Origin: Candidatus Latescibacterota bacterium
Lineage (GTDB): Bacteria; Krumholzibacteriota; Krumholzibacteriia; WVZY01
DNA: 64,000 bases
Reading direction: 5' to 3'
Assembly (NCBI GenBank): GCA_963791045.1
Contig: CAWBQK010000017.1
Span: 128,001-192,000, forward strand
Position 1 is the first letter of the stretch, and each line of letters starts with the position of its first letter. The notes beneath the pieces are model-generated. The model was not told the origin of the DNA and did not search any database. It saw only the letters and a program-made list of their open reading frames with translations. Positions 10,497 to 20,300 of this stretch are shown in pieces. A program made the position numbers and the translations under genes.

Positions 10497-11416
10497 CTAA
10501 GGGTGATATTTCAAAGCCAAGCCGATCGCGTATGCGTCCTGGCCACCGATGTTGTATTCTCCATGGGCCGCCAGGAAGGCGATGTTGATTGTGGCGCCGA
10601 GTGTTCCGCGGTAGTGATCACCGGAGTCCAACGACATATCGATGTTGTCTTCCTCCGTGTCGCCAACGTAAGACAAATCCATGTTGAAATCGTCGTACGA
10701 AATGCCGGCGTAGGGTTCAAACCACGAAAACCTCTTGCTCACCTGCAACCCCACAGTAAACGCCTCAGCTTTAACTAAGTCATCACCCCTTTCGTTTTCT
10801 CCCATCGCAAAGCGCTGCCAGAAAGCTCCAACAGCCATGTCGACAGGAAAGTTGCCCAAATACTGCGAAACACTGTGTCGAATTCCCAAACCATATAAAT
10901 TGAAAGATCCAAGTTCTCCGCTGTCACCCGTGTACAGAAGGGCGAAACGGACCAACGCTTCCGTTCCGTAGAACGATCCGATACGCAGCTGCGGAACGGC
11001 AAAATCAAAACTATCGAGATCAAATCCTCCGGGAAATGCGAAACGCGTTCCCGACTCACCATCAACATAAACTGCTTTTTGGGATCCCACGACCGTCGGT
11101 GCTTCCGTCGTTTGTTCTGGTCGAAATCCCTGTTCGGTTGTCGCCATAAATGTCTTGTCGCTGTCCGAAAAACGAACCGTCATAAACAAGACTTCGAAGC
11201 TGAGGTGAAGCCCCCCCTTGAAATGCGCGCAGAGTGGTAGAGCCCGGCGTTCAAATCTGCACCAAACGCATCTACCAGCGGCTCGAGATAACCCGAGGCA
11301 TTTCGTCCTGTGTACGATGATAACTGGTTGCCAAGCTGCGCTGACACAGGCGACGCCAGGAAGAGAATAAAAACGCATAGGGCGGTGCCTCTAAAGAGAC
11401 ACGTCATTACTTTCAA
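10497..11416 (-). CDS. DUF6588-like predicted outer-membrane protein (frameshift at the G7 run, 11211-11217)
   Basis: Signal peptide and GYLEPLVDAFGADLNAGLYHSA join GLHLSFEV...PQLRIG...GLGIRHSVSQY...EPYAGISYD; amphipathic beta strands; family assignment from recall. Confidence 0.65.
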
Positions 11417-11538
11417 TAATCTCTCCCGGTCGAATTTCTAATGCCTTGCATATGATTCTATCACAATGGCTTATTATTTTCAAGAGATAAAGCCCGCTGG
11501 TATGCATCAAACGGGATGTTTGGGCTTGAGGTGGTGGG

Positions 11539-12720
11539 CTACGCGCGTCTCATCCGGTGGAGAACAAGCCAGAAGGCGAGACCGAAAAGCACGCCTGCGA
11601 AGGTGTTGACGGTGACTATGGCTACGGCGGTGAGCATCATGACGGCGGCATCAGGCCGCCGGGTCTGATCGCGAGCGGCGCCGGCAAGTTCGATTCCGGC
11701 AAATACGAGGAGAACGCCCAAAACGGCGCCGGGAAAGACGCTCATGACGGTAATGGCCGCGCCTCCGAAAGCCAGCCCCAGCGCCATCTTGAGGACTCCG
11801 ATCATCACCACAGAACCACCCGTTCTTGCGCCGAAGCGATACTGGGCCGCCAAACCACCGGACCCGTGGCACATCGGCATGGCGCCAAACCAACATGTAA
11901 CCAGGTTAATTACACCGACGGAGACGGCGGTCGCGCGAGAGGACATTTGTCGTGCGGGAAAAAGGTCACGCGAAAGTGCACACACCGCGATAACCGAATT
12001 GAGTACGGTCAGCGGGATCTGCGGGACGGCACCATGGACGAGGCCGTCCACCCATGCGTTGGAAGACGGGAATACGGCAAAAAATGACGGTATCCCTAAA
12101 AATTCTGTTTTGAGTCCGGGTAGAGCGGAAGGTATTGAAATCGCGAGGCCAATCATAAAAAGCACAAGCGCTCCGGGGAAACGAGCGAAACGCAAGGAGA
12201 AGAGAAGGAGCGCGGCAAGAGCCACCGCCGTGGCCACGCTGTCCGGACCTACCAGGGGCGTTGCGGTGATGTATTCGACGGCCCGAGAAAGAAGCTTTAT
12301 CGCTACCCCCACCTGAATTCCCCGAACCACGGAAAGAGGAACGATTCGTTCGATTCGGGTCATCGCGCCGGTCAGGCCGAGAAAAAGAATCACTGCGCCC
12401 GTGATGATACCCGCGGCTGCAATGGCGCCGGGGTGAAGCGCGTCGGCGATGGCCACGGCGGCGATCGCTTTCATGGGTTGCACCGGAACGGGGATGCCAA
12501 ACAGGACACCAGCGAATATGTTCGCCAGTCCGGCGAAAATAAGTATCAACCCGAGATCCATGCCGGACACGACAGCCATGCCCGCCGCGAGCGGAATAAA
12601 AGTACCCAGGTCCCCGAGTCCACCCGAAAACTCAATGAGACTGAACTTGAATCGTTGCGTGCTGAATTGAGGCGTGTCTGCCGTCGAGAGTTTTCGATTG
12701 GTTTCGTGGTGTGTTGACAT
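11539..12720 (-). CDS. MOT1-family molybdate transporter
   Basis: EFSGGLGDLGTFIPL, PVQPMKAIAA and PMCHGSGGLAAQYRFGARTG motifs; last gene of the Moco operon. Confidence 0.88.
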   Translation of the reverse strand: MSTHHETNRKLSTADTPQFSTQRFKFSLIEFSGGLGDLGTFIPLAAGMAVVSGMDLGLILIFAGLANIFAGVLFGIPVPVQPMKAIAAVAIADALHPGAIAAAGIITGAVILFLGLTGAMTRIERIVPLSVVRGIQVGVAIKLLSRAVEYITATPLVGPDSVATAVALAALLLFSLRFARFPGALVLFMIGLAISIPSALPGLKTEFLGIPSFFAVFPSSNAWVDGLVHGAVPQIPLTVLNSVIAVCALSRDLFPARQMSSRATAVSVGVINLVTCWFGAMPMCHGSGGLAAQYRFGARTGGSVVMIGVLKMALGLAFGGAAITVMSVFPGAVLGVLLVFAGIELAGAARDQTRRPDAAVMMLTAVAIVTVNTFAGVLFGLAFWLVLHRMRRA

Positions 12721-12729
12721 CGAAGTGGA

Positions 12730-13320
12730 TTAGTCACCGCTCACCGGGCGAAGGTCAAGAGGCGAGTTGATATTGTCAAGTGCCCGGCTTCCCCGTGGGA
12801 GAATCACGGGTGCCCAGGAAAGTTCGCGTATGCCCTCCACCAGTGAGAGGGAGTTGTTTTCAAGACGTTGAGCCCAGAACTTCGCCGTCCTGCGATGGTA
12901 AAGTGCAGCGAGAGGTTCGGGCTCGCCCGATAAGCTTAGCGTGACGATATCGAAACCATCGGAATCTTGCGCGGCGAGTCTCTCGAGGTCGCGGGGCGCG
13001 AGCTTGGGGAGGTCGCCGGCGATGATCAGGCACCATGTGGTGGGTGCGCTCTTCAGGGCGGAAACGAGGCCGCCGAGGGGCCCGCACCCGGGTTTCGCGT
13101 CACGGACGATCCGGGAAGGATCAGTGATGATTTCGTCGAGGTTGTCGCCGACGCAGAAGGGCTCGTTGCCCAAAAAATCACGAAGGAGTTCTCTTGCCCG
13201 GTCGAGCAAAGAGCGTCCATTGATTTCAATAAGACGTTTGTCGTGCCCGAAGCGTCGACTGTCGCCGCCGGCAATAATGTAGCCGGTGATCTCGTTGGCG
13301 GAAACGCTCAATCGATCCAC
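12730..13320 (-). CDS. mobA: Molybdenum cofactor guanylyltransferase
   Basis: IIAGGDSRRFG.DK, GPLGG, AGDLP, EPLAALY and NINSP; start approximate, overlapping the end of moeA. Confidence 0.85.
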   Translation of the reverse strand: MDRLSVSANEITGYIIAGGDSRRFGHDKRLIEINGRSLLDRARELLRDFLGNEPFCVGDNLDEIITDPSRIVRDAKPGCGPLGGLVSALKSAPTTWCLIIAGDLPKLAPRDLERLAAQDSDGFDIVTLSLSGEPEPLAALYHRRTAKFWAQRLENNSLSLVEGIRELSWAPVILPRGSRALDNINSPLDLRPVSGD

Positions 13321-14507
13321 TCCACTTTGACCTTGTCGCCGGCAGAGAGCGAACGTTGGCTTTCGTCGAGCAGTATAAACCCGTTCATTCCGCGGAGGGA
13401 TGATAAGCGTCCTGACCGTTGCCGTGTCGCCGGGTGAACCAAGATCTTCCCACCCGATTCTTCGAGCCGCGCGCCGATGAGGCAAAAACGCCCACCCGTC
13501 ACTTTCAGATTCTCTTGCAGGACTCCGGTGGCCGACCGGATGTGGGGAGGAAGTCCCATTAGCAGGCAAACGATGCGACGGACATAGAGATGGTAAGTCG
13601 CCACGACGCTCACCGGATTTCCGGGCAGGCCAATAAACCATGCCGACGGAAATTTCGCGAGAACGCACGGTTTGCCGGGTTTGATTTTGACCTTCTTGAA
13701 GATGATTTCTCCGCCGAGGCGGTCGACGATTTCCGGCAAGTAATCAAAATCTCCTACTGAGACGCCGCCGGTGGAAATCACCAGGTCGCTATGTTCGAGA
13801 CATTGTTCGAGTGTGGCGGCGATCCTGTCGGGATCGTCGGGTACGGGTATATCGACAACATGCGGTTTGATCGACAGTCTGCCGAGAAGAGAGCGAAGGA
13901 CGACCAGGTTCGAGTCGTAAAGTTTCCCGGGCATGAGCTCATCGCCGGGCCGGATGAGTTCGGAACCCGTCGAGAATATCGACACGCGCGGGCGCGGCGT
14001 GACTGGGATCGATGTAATCCCAATCGATGTCAGTATTCCGGCGTCGACGGGTGTGATCGCGGTTTCCTTTTTGAAGAGGGGATCGTCTCTGCGAATATCG
14101 TCGCCAATGGGACGCACGTCCTTGCCGAGTTGAGGCCTGTCGCTGACAATGACCTGGTCGTCTTCGAAGCGAACGTCTTCGACTCGTATAACAGTGTCCG
14201 CACCGTCGATAAGGGGGGCGCCGGTCATAATCTTGACCGCGCAACCTCGCGAGAGTGGTCTTTCGGAAATATTCCCGGCTCCGATAACGCCTTGAATTCT
14301 CAGCCGCCAGGGGCCGGCGCCGGCGAGGTCATCGAAACGGATCGCGATCCCGTCCATGGAAGAGCTGGCAAACTGCGGCACATCGAACGGCGCGTGAACG
14401 TCCACCGCGAGGCGGCAACCAAGAGCTTCGTCGGGCGTGACGGCGGCGCGGTCGAGCGGTTTTACGGCTCCCGCGATTCGTTCGAAAGCTTCTGAAATTG
14501 AAATCAT
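13308..14507 (-). CDS. moeA: Molybdopterin molybdotransferase
   Basis: SSMDGIA, IMTGAP, STGSEL, TGGVSVGDFD, KPGKP and LPGNPVS motifs. Confidence 0.95.
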   Translation of the reverse strand: MISISEAFERIAGAVKPLDRAAVTPDEALGCRLAVDVHAPFDVPQFASSSMDGIAIRFDDLAGAGPWRLRIQGVIGAGNISERPLSRGCAVKIMTGAPLIDGADTVIRVEDVRFEDDQVIVSDRPQLGKDVRPIGDDIRRDDPLFKKETAITPVDAGILTSIGITSIPVTPRPRVSIFSTGSELIRPGDELMPGKLYDSNLVVLRSLLGRLSIKPHVVDIPVPDDPDRIAATLEQCLEHSDLVISTGGVSVGDFDYLPEIVDRLGGEIIFKKVKIKPGKPCVLAKFPSAWFIGLPGNPVSVVATYHLYVRRIVCLLMGLPPHIRSATGVLQENLKVTGGRFCLIGARLEESGGKILVHPATRQRSGRLSSLRGMNGFILLDESQRSLSAGDKVKVEWID

Positions 14508-14941
14508 TACCTCTCCACTAACTCGATGGGGTCACCTGTGCGAATTTCCCCGCCGCGGATTACTTTCGCGAACATTCCTTCCCGGGGCATGATGCAATCA
14601 CCGACGGTCTCGCGGATCTCGCATCCCATGTGACAATTTTTGCCGATCTGGATTATCTCGATCTCAACGGAATCACCCAGGTTCAATTTCGAGCCGATCT
14701 TCAAATCTGAGAAATCGAGTCCCACGGTTGTCACATTTTCACCAAAATCACCGGGGGAGATCACGAGGTCCGGGTGCGCGAGCTTTGAAAAGCTCTCGAG
14801 GGGCAGCAAACTCAAAGGGCGATCGGTCGGTCCGTGAATGTCGCCTTCGATCCCCGCTCCGGCAGTGATCGTGGCGTGTTCGACATTCAACTTCTTTTTC
14901 CCTTTTACGGCCGAAATGGAAATTTTATGAATTGATCCCAT
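14507..14941 (-). CDS. MOSC domain protein
   Basis: GIEGD.H, GDFGENV, IQIGKNCHMGC and DCIMPREG motifs. Confidence 0.88.
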   Translation of the reverse strand: MGSIHKISISAVKGKKKLNVEHATITAGAGIEGDIHGPTDRPLSLLPLESFSKLAHPDLVISPGDFGENVTTVGLDFSDLKIGSKLNLGDSVEIEIIQIGKNCHMGCEIRETVGDCIMPREGMFAKVIRGGEIRTGDPIELVER

Positions 14942-14978
14942 TGTTTCTTCTCTTTTAAGGATATGAGAACGTGGCTTG

Positions 14979-15473
14979 CTAATCGTCGGCGTCGACGCGG
15001 TGCCAGTCACCGGAGGCGCCGCCCGATTTGGACTCGAGCCGCACGGCTTCGATTGTCATCCCGCGGTCGAGACTTTTCCCCATGTCGTAAACGGTAAGGG
15101 CGGCTACCGAAGCGGCGGTCAGAGCTTCCATCTCAACGCCGGTATGGTAATTCGCGACCACCGTCGACTGGACGGTTACGCATGGCGGATCCTCCCCGGT
15201 CGTAAGAACAATCGACACGTGCGACAACGGCAAGGGGTGACAAAGAGGGATGATATCGCTGGTTTTCTTTGCCGCCTGTATGCCGGCGATTCGCGCGGCG
15301 GCAAACGCATCGCCTTTTGCCAGTGTGTTATCCACCAGCATCTTGAGGAGTTCCCGTGACATGAGTATACGCGCCGATGCGACGGCCCGGCGCCGCGTGA
15401 TGGGCTTGGCAGTAACGTCCACCATATGAGCGCGCCCCTCGTCGTCGAGATGCGAAAATTTATTGTCATTCAT
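14979..15473 (-). CDS. moaC: Cyclic pyranopterin monophosphate synthase
   Basis: SHLDDEGRAHMVDV, IPLCHP, TGVEMEAL, YDMGK and KSGG motifs. Confidence 0.95.
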   Translation of the reverse strand: MNDNKFSHLDDEGRAHMVDVTAKPITRRRAVASARILMSRELLKMLVDNTLAKGDAFAAARIAGIQAAKKTSDIIPLCHPLPLSHVSIVLTTGEDPPCVTVQSTVVANYHTGVEMEALTAASVAALTVYDMGKSLDRGMTIEAVRLESKSGGASGDWHRVDADD

Positions 15474-16477
15474 CCGCCGATTCCTCGCATTGATGGACGG
15501 GTTGTTGTGATCGATTGCTCCGATGGCGTTCTTCTGAAACCGGACCGGGTAATGTGTGCGGCCAATATACCGGCAATCTCTTCGGTGTCCAGGTTTCTGC
15601 CAAGAAGGGAGCGGCAATCGAATTGTGAATCGCCGAAAAGACATCCGACGATGTCACCGGAACTCGTGACTCGAAGCCTGTTGCAACTACCGCAGAAACT
15701 GGTCGTCACCGGAGATATAAAACTAACACGCCCAGGTTGTCCGGGGACAAAGAAAGTCGTTGCCGGGCCGTTGTTGTGTTGCTTCGAAGCGTCGGGTTCG
15801 AGGGGAAGACGAATCTTGTCCCTGATTTCCTTTTCGCCGACGAAGAGTTTCTCGCTCCACGAGGCATGCCGTGTGGGCATGAATTCGATGAAACGGATGT
15901 CGAGGCCGGCTTGAATTGCCCATTCACAAAATCCTGTGACCTCGTCATCATTGAAGCCCCTCATGATGACGGAATTGACTTTGACGCGTTCAAAAGCGTT
16001 GGATTCAACGGCGGCTTTGATGCCCTGCATGACACGGGAAAAACCGTCCACTCCGGTCATCCGTTCGAAACGCTCCGGGTCGAGCGTATCGAGACTCACA
16101 TTCAGGCGGTTGAGACCGGCGTCCACAAGAGGGTCGAGGTGCGTGTCGAGAAGAAGCCCGTTCGTCGTTAGGCCGACGATGGAAACACCGTCGAGAGCGC
16201 TTGTGACGCGAACCAGGTCCAGAACACCGCTCCTTAGGAGAGGTTCGCCGCCGGTGAAGCGAAATTTGTCGATGCCGAGATGCGAAAAAGCGGCGATGAG
16301 CTCCAACAGTTGTGCCACGTCGAGTTCCGGAACGTGGTCACAAGTGGCCGACTTGCGGGCGCCGCAGTACACGCACTCCATGTTGCAGCGATTGGTAAGC
16401 GATATTCTTACATAGGAAAGTTCTCGTCCCAGGGCGTCTTTGAATACGCCGAGCGCGGATTGTTGGCTGGAGCTCAT
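15470..16477 (-). CDS. moaA: GTP 3',8-cyclase
   Basis: CNMECVYC, TGGEPL, FIEFMP, FCGSCNRLR and C-terminal MRGIGG. Confidence 0.95.
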   Translation of the reverse strand: MSSSQQSALGVFKDALGRELSYVRISLTNRCNMECVYCGARKSATCDHVPELDVAQLLELIAAFSHLGIDKFRFTGGEPLLRSGVLDLVRVTSALDGVSIVGLTTNGLLLDTHLDPLVDAGLNRLNVSLDTLDPERFERMTGVDGFSRVMQGIKAAVESNAFERVKVNSVIMRGFNDDEVTGFCEWAIQAGLDIRFIEFMPTRHASWSEKLFVGEKEIRDKIRLPLEPDASKQHNNGPATTFFVPGQPGRVSFISPVTTSFCGSCNRLRVTSSGDIVGCLFGDSQFDCRSLLGRNLDTEEIAGILAAHITRSGFRRTPSEQSITTTRPSMRGIGG

Positions 16478-16983
16478 TCGTGCGGATTTCCTCCGCGCGA
16501 TAATTCGATAGCGTGGGACAAAACCGGTTCCAGTGCCGCAAGGTTCTCGATGGCGGCCGTGGGTTTTCCGGGCAGATTGACTATCAGAGTCGATCCTGCG
16601 AGTCCTGCAACGGCGCGTGAAAGCATCGCGAAAGGCGTGTGCTGCGACGACGCTTGTCGCATCGCCTCTTCGATCCCCGGTATTCGCTTGTCGATAACAT
16701 TGATGGTTGCTTCAGGTGTTACGTCCCTCGGCGACAAGCCGGTTCCTCCGGAAGTGAGGATCAAATCGATCTCGGATTGTGACCACTCATGAAGTGTGGA
16801 GACGATCCTGTCTTTGTCGTCGGGAAGAACAATGGATGCGACGATCTTAACGCCAATCGTTTCCAGGTGGCGCGCAAGAAGCGGCAGTGTCTCATCCGGT
16901 CGTGTGCCATCCGCGGCACGGTCGCTGGCGATCAGGATTCCGGCCTTCACGGGCGGTCGATTGGATGATGCGTTTTGTGACAT
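16474..16983 (-). CDS. mog: Molybdopterin adenylyltransferase (MogA/MoaB family)
   Basis: SDR, TSGGTGLSPRDVTPEA, LSRAVAG and NLPGKP motifs. Confidence 0.9.
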   Translation of the reverse strand: MSQNASSNRPPVKAGILIASDRAADGTRPDETLPLLARHLETIGVKIVASIVLPDDKDRIVSTLHEWSQSEIDLILTSGGTGLSPRDVTPEATINVIDKRIPGIEEAMRQASSQHTPFAMLSRAVAGLAGSTLIVNLPGKPTAAIENLAALEPVLSHAIELSRGGNPHE

Positions 16984-17080
16984 TTGGGTAAACCATATAG
17001 GCCGGGAGGTGGTGTGTCCAGCCTCGTGTTTGTTGAAATCCTATTTCGACGGGGAAGTCCTCGACTGGACAGGGGAAGAT

Positions 17081-17118
17081 AAAGGTACGCCCCGCGACAC
17101 GTTGGTCGCGGGGCGTTT
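17081..17118 (-). terminator. Hairpin/terminator after the cytochrome gene
   Basis: 12-bp perfect stem ACGCCCCGCGAC/GTCGCGGGGCGT. Confidence 0.6.
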
Positions 17119-17160
17119 GCATCGGCCGAAGAGGCCGAGCCCCCATAACCTCCCAAAAGC

Positions 17161-19820
17161 CTATTTGAGAAGTACGGCCTTCCTCACAAACATTTGTTCA
17201 GCGGTCTGCATACGGAAGAAGTAGATACCCGATGACACCTGCTGGCCATACTGGTTGGTCCGGTTCCAGGTCGTTGTTTGAGCACCGGCGGGGCGAGTGT
17301 CGTTCACGAGTGTTCGCACCAGCCGACCGGCGACATCATAGACCTCAATTTTTACGTGTTCGCGGGCTTGCAGCGAGTAGCGGATGCTCGTCGAACTTCT
17401 GAACGGGTTCGGGTAGTTCTGGAGCAACGCGGTGCGGGCCGACGGGACGTCACCGATTCCAGTTACGTCGATTTCGAGACTCGTCGTGTCGCTTACCATG
17501 GCGACCGGCGCACAGCGTCCGTGTGCCACCCATGCGTCGTAAAAAATCTGGCCCGCGTCATTTGTAACGTTGTCGTCACGCAGGGCCAGGACATAATCCT
17601 TTGACACACTCTGATAGTAGAGCGTTGCTTCGGCAAAAACAGCCTCCGTGGGGAGTTCGTAGGTCGTGTCATCCCAGTACTGACCGTCGGCATACGAATA
17701 GTGTACGGGCGGAGACTGGATCGTCTCGAAGTTCGCGTTGGTAAACCCGCGGGGCGGGATGCGGTTGTCAGAATACACCGTATCATTGAGAACAAAATGG
17801 AAAGACGGCGCGGCGGGGTGGCCGACTATGGGAGCGAGGCGGGTTGAAATGCCCGGCTTGATCTCGTAGAGCTTGATGTCCTCGTCTTTCGTCAGGTCGC
17901 CGGTGGGTGCGTCGTACGCCCCGGATTCATAGACAAGGTTGTTTCCCGCGTCCCAGGCCTTGATGTTGATCCACATCCGCCGGCCTTCGGGGTAACCCGA
18001 TATGAGCTTGTGGCCGGTCTCGTTTGTAATCGTGACGGTGAGCGTCGGATGCGCTTCATCCTGTCCCGTGGCGAGCTGCCATGGTGGCAGCCTTCTGGAG
18101 CATCGAGATGGCGCGTTGCTTGGCATCCTGGAGCTGGGCGACATCGACTTCACCCGGGTAAAGGTCGGGCAGAATATCCAGTATAAAATAGTTGCCGCCC
18201 GTGAAATCATGATGGGGAAGGTCTGTCCGATTCGGACCGCCGGAGGCTCCTTTACCCGTCACGTCTGCCATATGGCAGTCCTGGCAGGTCGAGACGATTC
18301 CGTCCGGCTTAGCTCCGGCGAATTCGGGTGCAAAGACGCCTGATGCCGCGTACTGACTGGCTTCCCACTCGCTGTAGGTTCGCTCGACGGGGAACATGTT
18401 TCTCCTGTCACCGTCGGGATGTGGCGCGTCGAACGCGTCGAGAACGTACTCGGCCGGAGTGCTGCCTGCGAGAAACACGGGGTTGCTCACATCATGACAT
18501 GTGCCGCATATGTCGCTCTCTGTATGGAACGGGGAGTGAAGGAACTGGTGATCGGCAAGGGCGTCCGCATAGGGTCCGCGCCGGTAGGGATCGGCGTCGG
18601 CGACGATACTGTCCGTTGGCCGCGGAAACGGGCGTCCCATCGAGTGAGTCGAGGACGGCGGCGTCCTGGATCGGGCTTGTGCCGGGTTTGTAGACCGGAT
18701 CGACGGCGCGGTGGCAGAAATCACACTGGATTCCTTTGAAATCCTTATCGTTCAAGAGCCCGCCGCTTGTGTCTACCGATCGACCCTCGAGCCAGCCTGT
18801 CGGCGTGTGACAGCGGATACAAAGGTCTCCGACCGACGGTGCGTCCTGCTCGGCGACCGCCATGCAGGCGAGGAAAAGAGGATCGCGCATCGCCTGGCTC
18901 ATCATGCTGCCGCGCCAGTTGAACCACGGTTCGACATCGGTACTGTAATTCCCGTGACAGGCGACGCATGTCACGTCGGGGTCTTCATGCACTCCGGCCT
19001 CGTGCGGCTGCGAACCTGGGAGAATCATGTCACGGAGCGTAGTGGGCGCGAGTCCGGTAAATGCGTTTATCGTAAACGTCCCATCGCTCCAGTCCCCGCC
19101 GTAGTTTCCCGCCGCATCTCGGGCGATCACACGGATGATATTTTGCGACCCCGGATAATTATGAACAAACCAATCGAACGGTGTGTCCGGCGCATGGTTC
19201 TTTGCTATGGGATCAAAAGTGACGCCGTTGTCGTCCGAAAGATAAATATCAACAAAAGATATCCCGCTGGCGTCGGTCGCCATCCACGTTACCTGGTTGA
19301 CCGTGTTGGCGTCATAGACCTCTCCGCCGTTTGGCGTCATCACGGTGACAACAGGTGGGATGGTGTCCGTTGCGCCTGATGGAGTCAGGTACGGTGTAAC
19401 GTCACTGGCGGTGACGTTGACTATACTTCCAACATTGCCCGATGTCAGGCCGGGGAATGTCGGCGTGTTGGAAAAATTGAGAAGGTCCGTAATCTCAACG
19501 AGATTGATGAAGCCGTCATTGTCGGAGTCGTTATTTTCAACAGACTGGATGGCTTCCTCTGTGGATGCGTACATTCCGGAAGCGATTGCGGCTTCAACCT
19601 GAAGTCCGAAAGGGTTTCGCGTGCCGGACCCGCCAAAATCGAAGTGACAAACCCCGCAGTGGGCGCCGGTACTGGGGAGATCGGAGATCTGCGTGCCGTC
19701 CGCCACCGGGTATACGTTAAAAAAGGCTTTTTTGTATGGGTTTCTCGCGTCGATCTGCGAAGTGAAAAGAAGGCACAGCGCAAGAAATATGAACGCGGTG
19801 AACACAAGTGTCCTTCGCAT
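17161..19820 (-). CDS. Secreted multiheme (6 CxxCH) cytochrome c with Ig-like and C-terminal FlgD-Ig-type domains; split by two single-base insertions (~18606, ~18080)
   Basis: Signal peptide; CGVCH, CVACH, CIRCH, CDFCH, CGTCH and CQDCH across three overlapping ORFs; WRGSMMSQAMRDP; TGHKLISGYPEGRRMW; ends QNYPNPF...YDVAGRLVRTL...SGIYF...KAVLLK; total length 3n+2. Confidence 0.85.
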
Positions 19821-20300
19821 GATTGTGACCTTTCGGTTCGAGTGGCCTGAATGCACCCTTAGACATGAACATGACACCGTATTGCACCCCGGATTGTGGT
19901 TATTTTAACATGGAAAATGCGTCGAAATCAAGCGGTAAGACTCGGGGGAAAGCGAGATGACCGGCTGTGCATAAATGAATTAGGCGCCCCGAACAGTAAC
20001 GAGTTCACTGTAAATGGTTCAGTTAACTTCGAGTAGTTCCTTGTGGTATCCGATGCTTTCTTATGGTATAATACCGCCGTGAGAGAAATCGCCTGGCGAG
20101 GGGGCCGGGCATCGCGGTTTCGTCGAAGAGGACACACAAACCTTCTAGCATCATTCGACCGAAGCCGACTGTGCAGCAAGAATAATAACCAAAGATTTAC
20201 AGCAGCAATCTGCCAAAGAACTGTGATCGATTTGTCGTCGCGGGATCTGGGTATGTGACCGGACCGGCGGGGGGGTGACACGTATTTCGAGGAGGGCTTC

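Noticed and set aside
11205-11220. Phase variation by poly-G slippage in the DUF6588-like gene
   Set aside because: The run is only 7 nt and the window has many other indels, so a homopolymer consensus error is more parsimonious.
16984-17160. Moco riboswitch upstream of the Moco operon
   Set aside because: Only a terminator-like hairpin of the upstream gene is evident, and I cannot match the Moco RNA motif architecture by eye. An Rfam scan would settle it.
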